A stretch of 36,534 nucleotides of DNA from Candidatus Microgenomates bacterium (lineage in GTDB: Bacteria; Patescibacteriota; Microgenomatia; UBA8517; JACQJR01), in NCBI GenBank assembly GCA_016204995.1, contig JACQJR010000001.1, positions 435,132-471,665 on the forward strand. The letters are read 5' to 3'. Each line of letters begins with the position of its first letter. The first letter of the stretch is position 1. Under the pieces are notes generated by a model. The model saw only the letters and a program-made list of their open reading frames with translations. It was not told the origin of the DNA and searched no databases. This document shows positions 1 to 7,942 of the stretch, piece after piece. The position numbers and the translations under genes were made by a program.

Positions 1-486
1 ACTTAAAACAAACACTGATAAAAATATTCTTCTTTGAGCTAAAATTATAGCCAGCAAGGCAAACATGATTACTAAACTATCAACCTGACCCCATAAAGTA
101 GAATTGGCAATTACTGCTGGATTGAATAGATAAAATATGGCGGCTAGCCAAGCCAACTTTTTTTTAAATTGACTAACTATTTGAAAAATGAGAAAACCGC
201 TAGTAACATCAGCTAGTATTGCCGGTAATTTATAGAGAGTAAGCTCTGGTAAAGTCGGAAAAGAGGCATGAATTTTGCCCAACAGCCAAAGAACATATAA
301 ATACCCCGGCAAATAATCTGACCAACCTTCGTAAAAATGATTAAATCCTCCTTGGACTAAACTCTGACTCCAGGCTATAAAGGTAGACATATCCAAGGGC
401 AAAGTACCAAAAGGAGAAAGGGCCAGACGGAGTAGGAATGCTCCAATTAAAATTAGTATTAGGGAGAAAGTTGATGGACGACCCAT
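1..486 (-). CDS. Integral-membrane GT-C type glycosyltransferase (PMT/ArnT/Gpi18-like mannosyltransferase family), N-terminal 162 codons; gene continues past the left edge
   Basis: Not in the supplied ORF track because it is truncated by the window edge. Minus-strand ATG at 486-484 has GAAGAGG 7 nt upstream. The frame stays open to position 1: MGRPSTFSLILILIGAFLLRLALSPFGTLPLDMSTFIAWSQSLVQGGFNHFYEGWSDYLPGYLYVLWLLGK...YKLPAILADVTSGFLIF...FNPAVIANSTLWGQVDS. The layout is an N-terminal TM helix followed by an acidic/aromatic first loop, as in GT-C enzymes. The start overlaps the LCP gene stop by 28 nt. Confidence 0.6.
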   Translation of the reverse strand, partial: MGRPSTFSLILILIGAFLLRLALSPFGTLPLDMSTFIAWSQSLVQGGFNHFYEGWSDYLPGYLYVLWLLGKIHASFPTLPELTLYKLPAILADVTSGFLIFQIVSQFKKKLAWLAAIFYLFNPAVIANSTLWGQVDSLVIMFALLAIILAQRRIFLSVFVLS

Positions 487-1565
487 TGCTGTACCTCTTC
501 CCAACTACCACTCTTGGGTACTAACACCCACTGGTTATCATATCTGACAGACACCGGCGGATGAATTAATAACTCTTCTATAGAAGAGGATTTGACGCTG
601 TCGCGATGATTAAAAATTAAGCGGGCCAAGACCGGCCAATCAGTCTCTCTTAAATCTGTCTCTAAATTAGACTCAATAACTTGCCAAACAGACATCAGTT
701 TACTAGGATTAAAAATTATATTTGGTGATAATATCCTATCTTTTAGAGCTGATAGCACCTTCTGCTGGCGAGCGCTTCTGGCAAAATCACTACCCTCCTC
801 ACCCTCGGCATTTCTGGAGCGGACAAATTTCAAGGCGGTTTCCCCATTCATCGTTTGTTCCCCCGACTCAAAATGGACATGTTCATAGCGGCATTTAAAG
901 TCGCGATCGCCATCACACAAATCATTCTCGCGTCCGGGAATGGGATACTTAAAATCATCAAATGAACGGTCTACTTTAATTTTTACTCCGCCTAATAAAT
1001 CAATCATCTTTTCAAAACTGGTAAAATCCACTATTACTGCATAGTGCACTGGTTTGTTAAGTATTTCTGATACCGCCGCTTTGGTCAATATTAATCCGCC
1101 ACCATCTTTCTTTTGATTACCATAATAATAAGTGCTGTTAATTTTAGCCCGCAGGGAAGGAATCCAGACATCGCGCGGCACGCTGATTAAATCCACTTCA
1201 CCTTTTTGGAGAGGCACAGAAGCCAAAATAATAGTATCTGTTAAATCAGGCGCCTCGTGATTTGCCCCACCTTTGCCTAATAACAAAATGTTAATCCGGC
1301 CGCTTTCATTATGCAGGTTTTCTGGATGGCCGGTTAAAAAGAGCACCCCCATTTTAGGAAGAAAAAAAATATTTGCGGATAGTCCGGATAGTGGGACACG
1401 CAAAACTAGCCACGCAGCTACCAAAACAATCGCTATCAACCCCAACATCATCCCTCTTGCCAGCCATAAATGACTAGCTAGTTTTCGCCTGGTCCGTAAA
1501 ATCAGCCGCCCCAAACGAGATTTAGGTAGCGCCTCCTCTTCTCTTTTTGGGGTATAATTATCCAC
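459..1565 (-). CDS. LytR-CpsA-Psr (LCP) family cell-envelope glycopolymer transferase
   Basis: From ORF 459..1763. An R/K-rich tail and TM helix (MMLGLIAIVLVAAWLVL) precede LCP-domain strings INILLLGKGG, DLTDTIILASV, ISVPRDVWIP and NSTYYYG. The first ~66 codons of the ORF run antisense through pcrA and its promoter, so they are probably not coding. I chose GTG at 1565; TTG 1514 or ATG 1451 (AAGAGGG directly upstream) are alternatives. Confidence 0.85.
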   Translation of the reverse strand: MDNYTPKREEEALPKSRLGRLILRTRRKLASHLWLARGMMLGLIAIVLVAAWLVLRVPLSGLSANIFFLPKMGVLFLTGHPENLHNESGRINILLLGKGGANHEAPDLTDTIILASVPLQKGEVDLISVPRDVWIPSLRAKINSTYYYGNQKKDGGGLILTKAAVSEILNKPVHYAVIVDFTSFEKMIDLLGGVKIKVDRSFDDFKYPIPGRENDLCDGDRDFKCRYEHVHFESGEQTMNGETALKFVRSRNAEGEEGSDFARSARQQKVLSALKDRILSPNIIFNPSKLMSVWQVIESNLETDLRETDWPVLARLIFNHRDSVKSSSIEELLIHPPVSVRYDNQWVLVPKSGSWEEVQQWVVHQLSP

Positions 1566-1575
1566 AACGCTTCGT

Positions 1576-3444
1576 ATGAATAGTGATATTTTAGCGAATT
1601 TGAACCCTCCGCAACAAGAGGCGGTTACATTTAGAGAGTCTCCCTTGTTAATTTTGGCCGGAGCTGGCAGTGGCAAAACTCGTGCTTTAACCCATAGGGC
1701 AGCTTGGTTAATTAAGGAAAAGGGGATTGATCCACAAAATATGTTATGTTTGACCTTTACCAATAAAGCCGCTGGCGAAATGAAAGAGCGAATTAATAAA
1801 CTGCTGACTTCTCACATCACTCCCAACTCATCACCCATTACTATTCCCTGGGCCGGCACCTTTCATTCTTTTTGCGCCAAAGTCTTACGGGCCAGCGGCC
1901 ACCATATTGACCTGCCTATTTCTTTTGCTATTTATGATGAAAACGATCAGCTGGAAACTGTTAAAGAAATAATGAAAAAATTAAGCGTCGCCACCATTAA
2001 GCCTCATTCAGCCTTAAATGCCATAGAAGGTGCCAAACAGGAATTAATAGATAGCAGCCAGTACCAAAAATTGGCTTACGGCCCCTGGCAGAAAAAAATA
2101 GCCATTATTTATCTGGAATATCAAAAACTGCTTACCCAAGCTAGTGCGTGTGATTTTGAAGATTTACTTTTTAATACCATTACTCTTTTTGAAAAGCACC
2201 CGGCTATTCTAAACGAGTATCAAAATCGGTATTCATGTATTTTGGTTGACGAATGGCAGGATACCAATACTGCCCAATATCATTTAATTAAATTACTGGC
2301 CCAAAAAAACCGTCATTTAACCGTCGTGGGCGATGCCGCTCAATCAATATACAGTTGGCGGGGAGCCAACTTCCGCAATGTGGAAAATTTATCGCGTGAT
2401 TTTCCCGAACTGACTGTCATTAATTTAGAACAGAATTACCGTTCTACTCAAACTATTTTAGACGCCGCTTTTCATGTCATTTCCCAAAACAGAAGCCATC
2501 CCATTCTTAAGTTGTGGACCGAAAAAGGCCAGGGTCAACCAGTTCTCTTATATCAATCCCGCGACGAGATGGATGAAGCCGCCTATGTGGTTAATAAAAT
2601 TAATTACCTGGCAAGAACACAAAGTAAAACATACAATGATTTTGCCGTACTTTACCGGACTAATTCCCAATCCCGGGTAATTGAAGAAGCTTTTTTGCAT
2701 GCCAGTATTCCTTATATCGTCGTCGGCGGCGTCCGATTTTATGAACGCAAAGAAGTGAAAGATGTTATTTCATACTTGAGACTGTTGATGAATGAAAAAG
2801 ATACTGTTTCTTTTAAGAGGGTGGAAAAACTTGGTAAAAATAGACTAAAGAAGTTTATGGACAACCTGGCAACTGGCAAAAGTGATGAAAAAAGTTCTAC
2901 ACTGGAACTAATGGATAAAATTTTAGAAGTAACCGGATATTTGGAATTATATGATCCCAACGACACCGAAGACACCGCCCGTTTAGAAAATATTAAAGAG
3001 CTGCGCTCGGTGGCAGCCGAATTTTCCGCCCCTGTGGAATTCTTAGAACAAATTGCTCTGGTAGAAAATACCAGACGGGCGGTAGTTGATCATCAAGCCG
3101 TTACTTTGATGACAGCCCATGCCGCCAAAGGTTTAGAATTTGAAGTAGTTATTATAGTGGGCATGGAAGAAGGACTTTTCCCTCACAGCCGCAGCCTGGA
3201 AAATGAGGAAGAATTAGAAGAGGAGCGTAGGCTGTGTTATGTCGGCATGACTCGGGCTAAATCACAACTTATTTTAACCTTCTCCACTCGCCGTCTCTTA
3301 TTTGGCCAACGCGCCAGCAATTTACCTTCCCGCTTTTTAGCTGATATTCCCCAAAATTTGACAGAAATTGCAACCGAAGGGATTGGCAGTTTAACCGCTC
3401 TTACGTCTCTATCATGGCTGGAACAACTCAAAAAATACGACTAA
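1576..3444 (+). CDS. pcrA: SF1A UvrD/PcrA/Rep-type ATP-dependent DNA helicase (compact, 622 aa)
   Basis: Walker A AGAGSGKT, LTFTNKAAGEM, VDEWQDTN, VVGDAAQSIYSWRGA, NYRST, TAHAAKGLEFEVV and RRLCYVGMTRAK. A TATAAT hexamer lies at 1553-1558, 17 nt upstream of the ATG. Confidence 0.9.
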   Translation: MNSDILANLNPPQQEAVTFRESPLLILAGAGSGKTRALTHRAAWLIKEKGIDPQNMLCLTFTNKAAGEMKERINKLLTSHITPNSSPITIPWAGTFHSFCAKVLRASGHHIDLPISFAIYDENDQLETVKEIMKKLSVATIKPHSALNAIEGAKQELIDSSQYQKLAYGPWQKKIAIIYLEYQKLLTQASACDFEDLLFNTITLFEKHPAILNEYQNRYSCILVDEWQDTNTAQYHLIKLLAQKNRHLTVVGDAAQSIYSWRGANFRNVENLSRDFPELTVINLEQNYRSTQTILDAAFHVISQNRSHPILKLWTEKGQGQPVLLYQSRDEMDEAAYVVNKINYLARTQSKTYNDFAVLYRTNSQSRVIEEAFLHASIPYIVVGGVRFYERKEVKDVISYLRLLMNEKDTVSFKRVEKLGKNRLKKFMDNLATGKSDEKSSTLELMDKILEVTGYLELYDPNDTEDTARLENIKELRSVAAEFSAPVEFLEQIALVENTRRAVVDHQAVTLMTAHAAKGLEFEVVIIVGMEEGLFPHSRSLENEEELEEERRLCYVGMTRAKSQLILTFSTRRLLFGQRASNLPSRFLADIPQNLTEIATEGIGSLTALTSLSWLEQLKKYD

Positions 3445-4400
3445 CTCATCCTCTGCAGTCGCCAGCATGGGGTGAATTTCGGACTAAAACCGGTGTCAAA
3501 GTGGTGCGAGGTGATAACTTTCAAATTACCATTCATAAACTTCCTTTTACCTCCTGGACGATTGGCTATTTTCCTAAAGGGCCTCTACCGACTACTGAAA
3601 TGATTAGCCAACTTAAAAAAGTCGGCCGCGATAATCACTGCATTTTTATCCAGCTGGAGCCTAATGTTGAGAAAATTTCCAATTTCCAATTTCCAATTTC
3701 CAATTTGGGATTACGGCCTTCTACTAAACCTTTATTTTATCAGCATAGTTTTGTTATTGATTTAACCAAAAGTGAAGAAGAATTATTAGCCGCCATGCAT
3801 CCTAAAACCCGTTATAACATCCGCCTGGCTCAAAAACATGGCGTTAAGGTAGAAGAAAAAAGCGATGATAAGTCTTTTGCTACCTACCTCAAACTTTACT
3901 TTGAAACGGCTCAAAGACAAAAATATTTTGGCCACAGCGAAAGATTTCATAGGCTGATGTGGGAAACATTACAACCAACCGGAATTGCTCATTTACTCAT
4001 TGCTTACTACACTCCACCTTCTTCACCCATAATACATAATACAGATCCCCTAGCCCTGACAGCTTGGATGCTTTTTCATTACGGCGATACTCTTTATTAC
4101 GTTTACGGCGGTTCCAGTTCCGAGTATAAAAACGTCATGGCCAGTAATTTAGTAGCCTGGGAAGCCATCAAACTGGGTAAAAAATTAGGAGCAAAAAAAT
4201 TTGACTTGTGGGGCTCTTTAGGTCCAGATGCCGATCCCAAAAATCCCTGGTACGGCTTTCATAAATTTAAACAAGGTTATGGCGGAAAACTGGTAGAATA
4301 TATCGGCAGCTACGATTTAGTTTTAAATCCTTTTCTCTATTCTCTCTTTCATTTAATTGACAAATCCCGCTGGCTGATATTAAAAATAAAAACCTTTTAG
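3414..4400 (+). CDS. FemAB-family peptidoglycan interpeptide-bridge aminoacyltransferase-like protein
   Basis: HPLQSPAWGEFR, TRYNIRLAQKHGV, YYVYGGSS, NLVAWEAIKLGKKLGAKKFDLWG and WYGFHKFKQGYGG resemble the FemAB / lipid II glycyltransferase family. Overlaps the pcrA 3' end by 31 nt. Contains the translated heptamer array at 3674-3708. Confidence 0.8.
   Translation: MAGTTQKIRLTHPLQSPAWGEFRTKTGVKVVRGDNFQITIHKLPFTSWTIGYFPKGPLPTTEMISQLKKVGRDNHCIFIQLEPNVEKISNFQFPISNLGLRPSTKPLFYQHSFVIDLTKSEEELLAAMHPKTRYNIRLAQKHGVKVEEKSDDKSFATYLKLYFETAQRQKYFGHSERFHRLMWETLQPTGIAHLLIAYYTPPSSPIIHNTDPLALTAWMLFHYGDTLYYVYGGSSSEYKNVMASNLVAWEAIKLGKKLGAKKFDLWGSLGPDADPKNPWYGFHKFKQGYGGKLVEYIGSYDLVLNPFLYSLFHLIDKSRWLILKIKTF
3674..3708. 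repeat. Tandem heptamer array (AATTTCC x4 plus degenerate AATTTGG) inside the FemAB-family CDS
   Basis: Read directly: aatttcc aatttcc aatttcc aatttcc aatttgg. Translated as ISNFQFPISNLG. The same 30-nt core occurs at 28634-28663. Confidence 0.95.
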
Positions 4401-4432
4401 CCTGCAATCTGAAGGGTTGACGCACGAATTAT

Positions 4433-4702
4433 TTAATATTTCCTGTATTTATCATGTTTACCAATGTCAATAAAAAGTGCTGTTTCGTCATTAATCCAGT
4501 AAAAGAAAATTCTACTGCTTTTGTCAATTCTAATAGTCCAGATTTTTGTTCCGCTTAACTTTTCTAAATTTAGAGAAGGATGATTAGGGTTATTAGTAAA
4601 TGTTTTAAGAGTTTTAATTAATGATTTACCTCTTATAGGATTATTTCTAATAAATTTATTACGCTCTCTTTCATACCGTGAAGTTTTCTTGATATTTATC
4701 AT
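4433..4702 (-). CDS. Type II toxin, RelE/ParE superfamily (mRNA-interferase-like)
   Basis: 89 aa. NNPNHPSLNLEKLSG..IWTIRIDKSSRIFFYW..DETALFIDIGKHD matches the RelE/StbE-type layout. There is a 4-nt ATGA overlap with the upstream antitoxin gene. Confidence 0.8.
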   Translation of the reverse strand: MINIKKTSRYERERNKFIRNNPIRGKSLIKTLKTFTNNPNHPSLNLEKLSGTKIWTIRIDKSSRIFFYWINDETALFIDIGKHDKYRKY

Positions 4703-4971
4703 TTCAAGCGGGCAAGTCTGTCGATTTCCTTAAACTCTGCTTTTAATTCTTCTGGCGTGGATATACTTTTAGTTTTTCCAGCCTTATATTCCTCAAGAGC
4801 CTCATTTATAACTGCTTCTATTTGAAGTTTTTCCAGGAGATCCAAGCCAATTATGGCACCTAAGGGTTTATTGTTAGACATCACAACAAGAGGCTTTTTG
4901 GACTTATTTGCTTGTTGCAGCACCTTTTTATATTCTCTTTGAATTTGTCTGGCAGAGATGGTATTAAACAT
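4699..4971 (-). CDS. Type II antitoxin, Phd/YefM family
   Basis: 90 aa. The N-terminal ISARQIQREYKKVL...KPLVVMSNNKPLGAIIG is Phd/YefM-like, with an acidic/helical C-terminal tail. Translationally coupled to the toxin. Confidence 0.8.
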   Translation of the reverse strand: MFNTISARQIQREYKKVLQQANKSKKPLVVMSNNKPLGAIIGLDLLEKLQIEAVINEALEEYKAGKTKSISTPEELKAEFKEIDRLARLK

Positions 4972-4979
4972 ATAAAATA

Positions 4980-5019
4980 TATATAACAGGGATTAAATTG
5001 TATGTCAAGATGACATACA
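4980..5019 (-). promoter_or_regulatory. Candidate sigma70-type promoter with a palindromic operator for the antitoxin-toxin operon
   Basis: The minus strand reads TGTATGTCATC-TTGACA-(17 nt)-TATATA-(8 nt)-ATG. The -35 hexamer lies inside a perfect 9-bp inverted repeat TGTATGTCA-AGA-TGACATACA (4999-5019). Confidence 0.5.
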
Positions 5020-5021
5020 TA

Positions 5022-7934
5022 CTAAACTGATTTACAAAACATTTTGTACTCGCAGTTTTGGCAGAGGAAGGAGCCAGAACAGGCAAAGTCGCTTTGGGAA
5101 ATTGCGGCCGCTGTCTCCAAAATATCTTGCTTGGCTTTATCTAAATCAGCTTGAGTTCTGGTGGTAGTAAATTTTTTACCTCCTTCAAGGAAGTAAAGCG
5201 AGAGAGAAATTTCTGCCGGAGTTTTACCAAAAGGCTGTTCTTTTACTTCAGTTGCGGCCAGAGCATAAACCGTTAATTGTAAATCAGCCGCCACTTCCTT
5301 ATCAGTCGGCAAATTAGCGCCGGTTTTATAATCAATAATTTCAATACCACGGCCGATTTTGTCAACCCGGTCAATTTTACCGCCTACTTTTAAATTATTA
5401 TCTAAACGAAAAGTAAAAGGATATTCCAGTAAAATCGGCAGATGATCTACTCTAAATTCATTTTTAAAATAATGATTCAGATAAACCAATCCTTTTTCTT
5501 TCATCAGCTCTTCGCGTTTTTTAGAATCGTATCCCTCTCTCATCCAATTATCTTGATAAATTTTAACCAGTCTTTTTAAAGTCCCTTTTTCGCCTACCTT
5601 TAACAAATTATAAAAATCAGCCAAGGTTTTATGCATGGTAATACCGAAACTTTGGGCAGCCGAAGTAGGAATGGGTAAGCGCAAAATATATTTTAATTTA
5701 AAATGCAGAGGACAAACCTTAAATTCCTGAATTTGGGAATAAGAAAGGTAATTTATGACTGTTGGGGTATTGGGCTGTTGGAACGTTGGGCCAATATAGG
5801 CTGGTGCGTAGTCAAAAATAGATAATTGCTCGCCTATTGCCTGTTGCCTAATGTCTAGTGCCTTCTCCCCTAATGCTTCTACCACAAACGGCGAGATTTT
5901 TCTTTCCCTTTTGCCCTCGCCGTAAAAGCCGGCCGCAGTTAAATATAGCCGGTCGCGGGCCCTAGTCATGCCAACATAAAATAACCTTCTTTCTTCTTCC
6001 AAGTGATAATCCCCAACTGGCAACTCTTCGCGAATTAACTCCTCCGGAATGGGAATTTGTTCTTTTCGCTCATAGGTGGGAAAACGGCCAGCCACTAGAT
6101 TTACTAAAAAAACCACCGGAAATTCCAAACCTTTCGCAGAATGGGTAGTCAAAATATTAACTGCTTCGTTCTTGTCCCAATCGCTCGTCGCAGCCAGCGG
6201 CGATTCACCTAGTTCTAGAGATAACTCAATCCACTCTACCGCTGCCTCTACCGTTGCATTCCTATGCTCTGCTTCATAAGTTTTTAACTTATCAAAAAAT
6301 CTGGCCATATTTTGAGTCTTTTTTTGATTTTCTACACTTTGCTCGCTACTGGCCATTCCTGCTAACATTCCTGAATCTTCCAAAAAATAAAATAAGACCT
6401 GACCGGCTGTCGCATTTCGCTTGGCTTTCAAATGCTTGTTAAACATTTGGCAAAAAATTTTAATTTTCTCGCGGGTTTGAGGATTAACAAATATCTTATC
6501 TATTTCTTCACAAGCTTCAAACAAACATAAATTGGTTCTTTTGGCATAATTAACTATCGCGGCAATATCGCGAGCCGAAATATTAAAGTAATCCATAGAT
6601 AACACCCGATAAAAAGATAAATTATCGTCAAAATTGACCAATATTTTTAAATAGGCAATTAAATCTTTAATTTCTTCTTGCCGGAAAAGCTGTCCCGGCC
6701 CTAAAAATTGATAAGGCATACCTAAACGAGATAATGCCCGGCTAAAAGGCTCTGTTTGATTATTAGCTCGCACCAAGATACTAAAATCAGACCAGGGTCT
6801 TTTTTCACTCTTTACCAGTTCCAAAATCTTTTTAGCGACCTCGTCGGCTTCATTTTCCACCCGATCAGCATAGATAAATTCTATCTCTGATTCTTTCACT
6901 GCTCTAACTTTAGTTAAAGCCTTACTAATACCAAGCCTGGATTCTAAAGTATCCGGATCATTGTGACGAATTAACTGGTGAGCGTGATCCAAAATAGTCT
7001 GACTGGAACGGTAATTTTTATTTAAGACCACCCGGTGGGCCTTTTTGTACTCCTTCATAAATTGTAAGATATTGGAGACAGCGGCGCCACGAAATTTATA
7101 GATGGATTGGGAATCATCACCCACCACAGTCAAATTTGGTTTTTTTGAGGGAGGAGCCAGTAATTTCAGCAGTGAATATTGGCTAATATTAGTATCCTGA
7201 AATTCATCTACTAAAATATATTTGAATTGCTGCTGATATTTTTGCAAAATTGCCGGACGCTTTCGCAACACTGCTAAAGTATTGATCATTAAATCACCGA
7301 AATCCATCATCCCTTCTTTAACTTTTAATTCTTGATATTTCTGATAAGCCTTGGCTAGTTCCAAATATTTTCCTTGTTCTTCTTCCCCTTTTCGGATTTC
7401 GGATTTAGTACTTCGGATTTCCCGAGCAAATTTTAAGTATTGCTCGGGTGTGGTATCTTCATCTTGCAGCCTGGAAAAATGTTGCAATAGTCCTCCGATA
7501 AATTTAGTGGGATTACCCAAAGGCCTAAAATAAGCCAGGTCTAAAGAAAAAAGATGGCTTTTTAGTAATTGGGTGGACTCGGCCTCAGTTAACAGATGGT
7601 AATTATTAGACAAACCAATCGCCAAACTCTCGGTTTTCAAAATCCGGTCGCAAAAGGCATGAAAGGTGGAAATCCACATTTGGGTATAACCATAAGGCAT
7701 GGCAATATCTACCCGTTCCTCCATTTCCTGGCTGGCTTTTTCGGTAAAGGTGAGAGCTAAAATTTCTGCAGGTTTGGCCAATTCTTTGAGGATCAAATAT
7801 TTAATCCGCTCGGTAATAACGGTCGTTTTGCCGGTGCCAGCGCCGGCAATAATAAGCAAGGGGCCTCCTTGATAAATAATAGCCTCTTGCTGCTCCGCAT
7901 TTAACTTCAAATTAGAAGGATGGCCTTGGGGCAT
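5022..7934 (-). CDS. UvrD-family helicase fused to a C-terminal PD-(D/E)XK nuclease with a Cas4/AddB-like 4-Cys (Fe-S) signature
   Basis: N-terminal helicase motifs AGAGTGKTT, LTFTEKAS, VDEFQDTN, VVGDDSQSIYKFRGA, NYRSS, THSAKGLEFPVVF and RRLFYVGMTRAR. C-terminal nuclease motifs: FKVCPLHF, GKIDRVD, IEIIDYKTG, QLTVYALA and CQNCEYKMFC (C-x2-C-x5-C). Confidence 0.85.
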   Translation of the reverse strand: MPQGHPSNLKLNAEQQEAIIYQGGPLLIIAGAGTGKTTVITERIKYLILKELAKPAEILALTFTEKASQEMEERVDIAMPYGYTQMWISTFHAFCDRILKTESLAIGLSNNYHLLTEAESTQLLKSHLFSLDLAYFRPLGNPTKFIGGLLQHFSRLQDEDTTPEQYLKFAREIRSTKSEIRKGEEEQGKYLELAKAYQKYQELKVKEGMMDFGDLMINTLAVLRKRPAILQKYQQQFKYILVDEFQDTNISQYSLLKLLAPPSKKPNLTVVGDDSQSIYKFRGAAVSNILQFMKEYKKAHRVVLNKNYRSSQTILDHAHQLIRHNDPDTLESRLGISKALTKVRAVKESEIEFIYADRVENEADEVAKKILELVKSEKRPWSDFSILVRANNQTEPFSRALSRLGMPYQFLGPGQLFRQEEIKDLIAYLKILVNFDDNLSFYRVLSMDYFNISARDIAAIVNYAKRTNLCLFEACEEIDKIFVNPQTREKIKIFCQMFNKHLKAKRNATAGQVLFYFLEDSGMLAGMASSEQSVENQKKTQNMARFFDKLKTYEAEHRNATVEAAVEWIELSLELGESPLAATSDWDKNEAVNILTTHSAKGLEFPVVFLVNLVAGRFPTYERKEQIPIPEELIREELPVGDYHLEEERRLFYVGMTRARDRLYLTAAGFYGEGKRERKISPFVVEALGEKALDIRQQAIGEQLSIFDYAPAYIGPTFQQPNTPTVINYLSYSQIQEFKVCPLHFKLKYILRLPIPTSAAQSFGITMHKTLADFYNLLKVGEKGTLKRLVKIYQDNWMREGYDSKKREELMKEKGLVYLNHYFKNEFRVDHLPILLEYPFTFRLDNNLKVGGKIDRVDKIGRGIEIIDYKTGANLPTDKEVAADLQLTVYALAATEVKEQPFGKTPAEISLSLYFLEGGKKFTTTRTQADLDKAKQDILETAAAISQSDFACSGSFLCQNCEYKMFCKSV

Positions 7935-7942
7935 AACACTGT

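Noticed and set aside
903-910. GCGATCGC (the cyanobacterial HIP1 palindrome), considered together with STRR-like heptamers as a cyanobacterial signature
   Set aside because: I saw only a single occurrence in 36.5 kb, and the gene content is not cyanobacterial. It is treated as chance.
1566-1763. N-terminal extension of the LCP ORF back to the ATG at 1763
   Set aside because: This part runs antisense through the first 60 codons of pcrA, including its Walker A region, and across the pcrA -10 hexamer. The LCP-like sequence (charged tail plus TM helix) begins only afterwards.
3674-3708. Heptamer tandem arrays (here and at 22980, 28634, 31661, 32047, 33625 and 36473) considered as CRISPR-like arrays
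   Set aside because: The repeat unit is 7 nt with no spacers. Arrays are 28-35 nt long and mostly inside CDSs. No cas genes are present.
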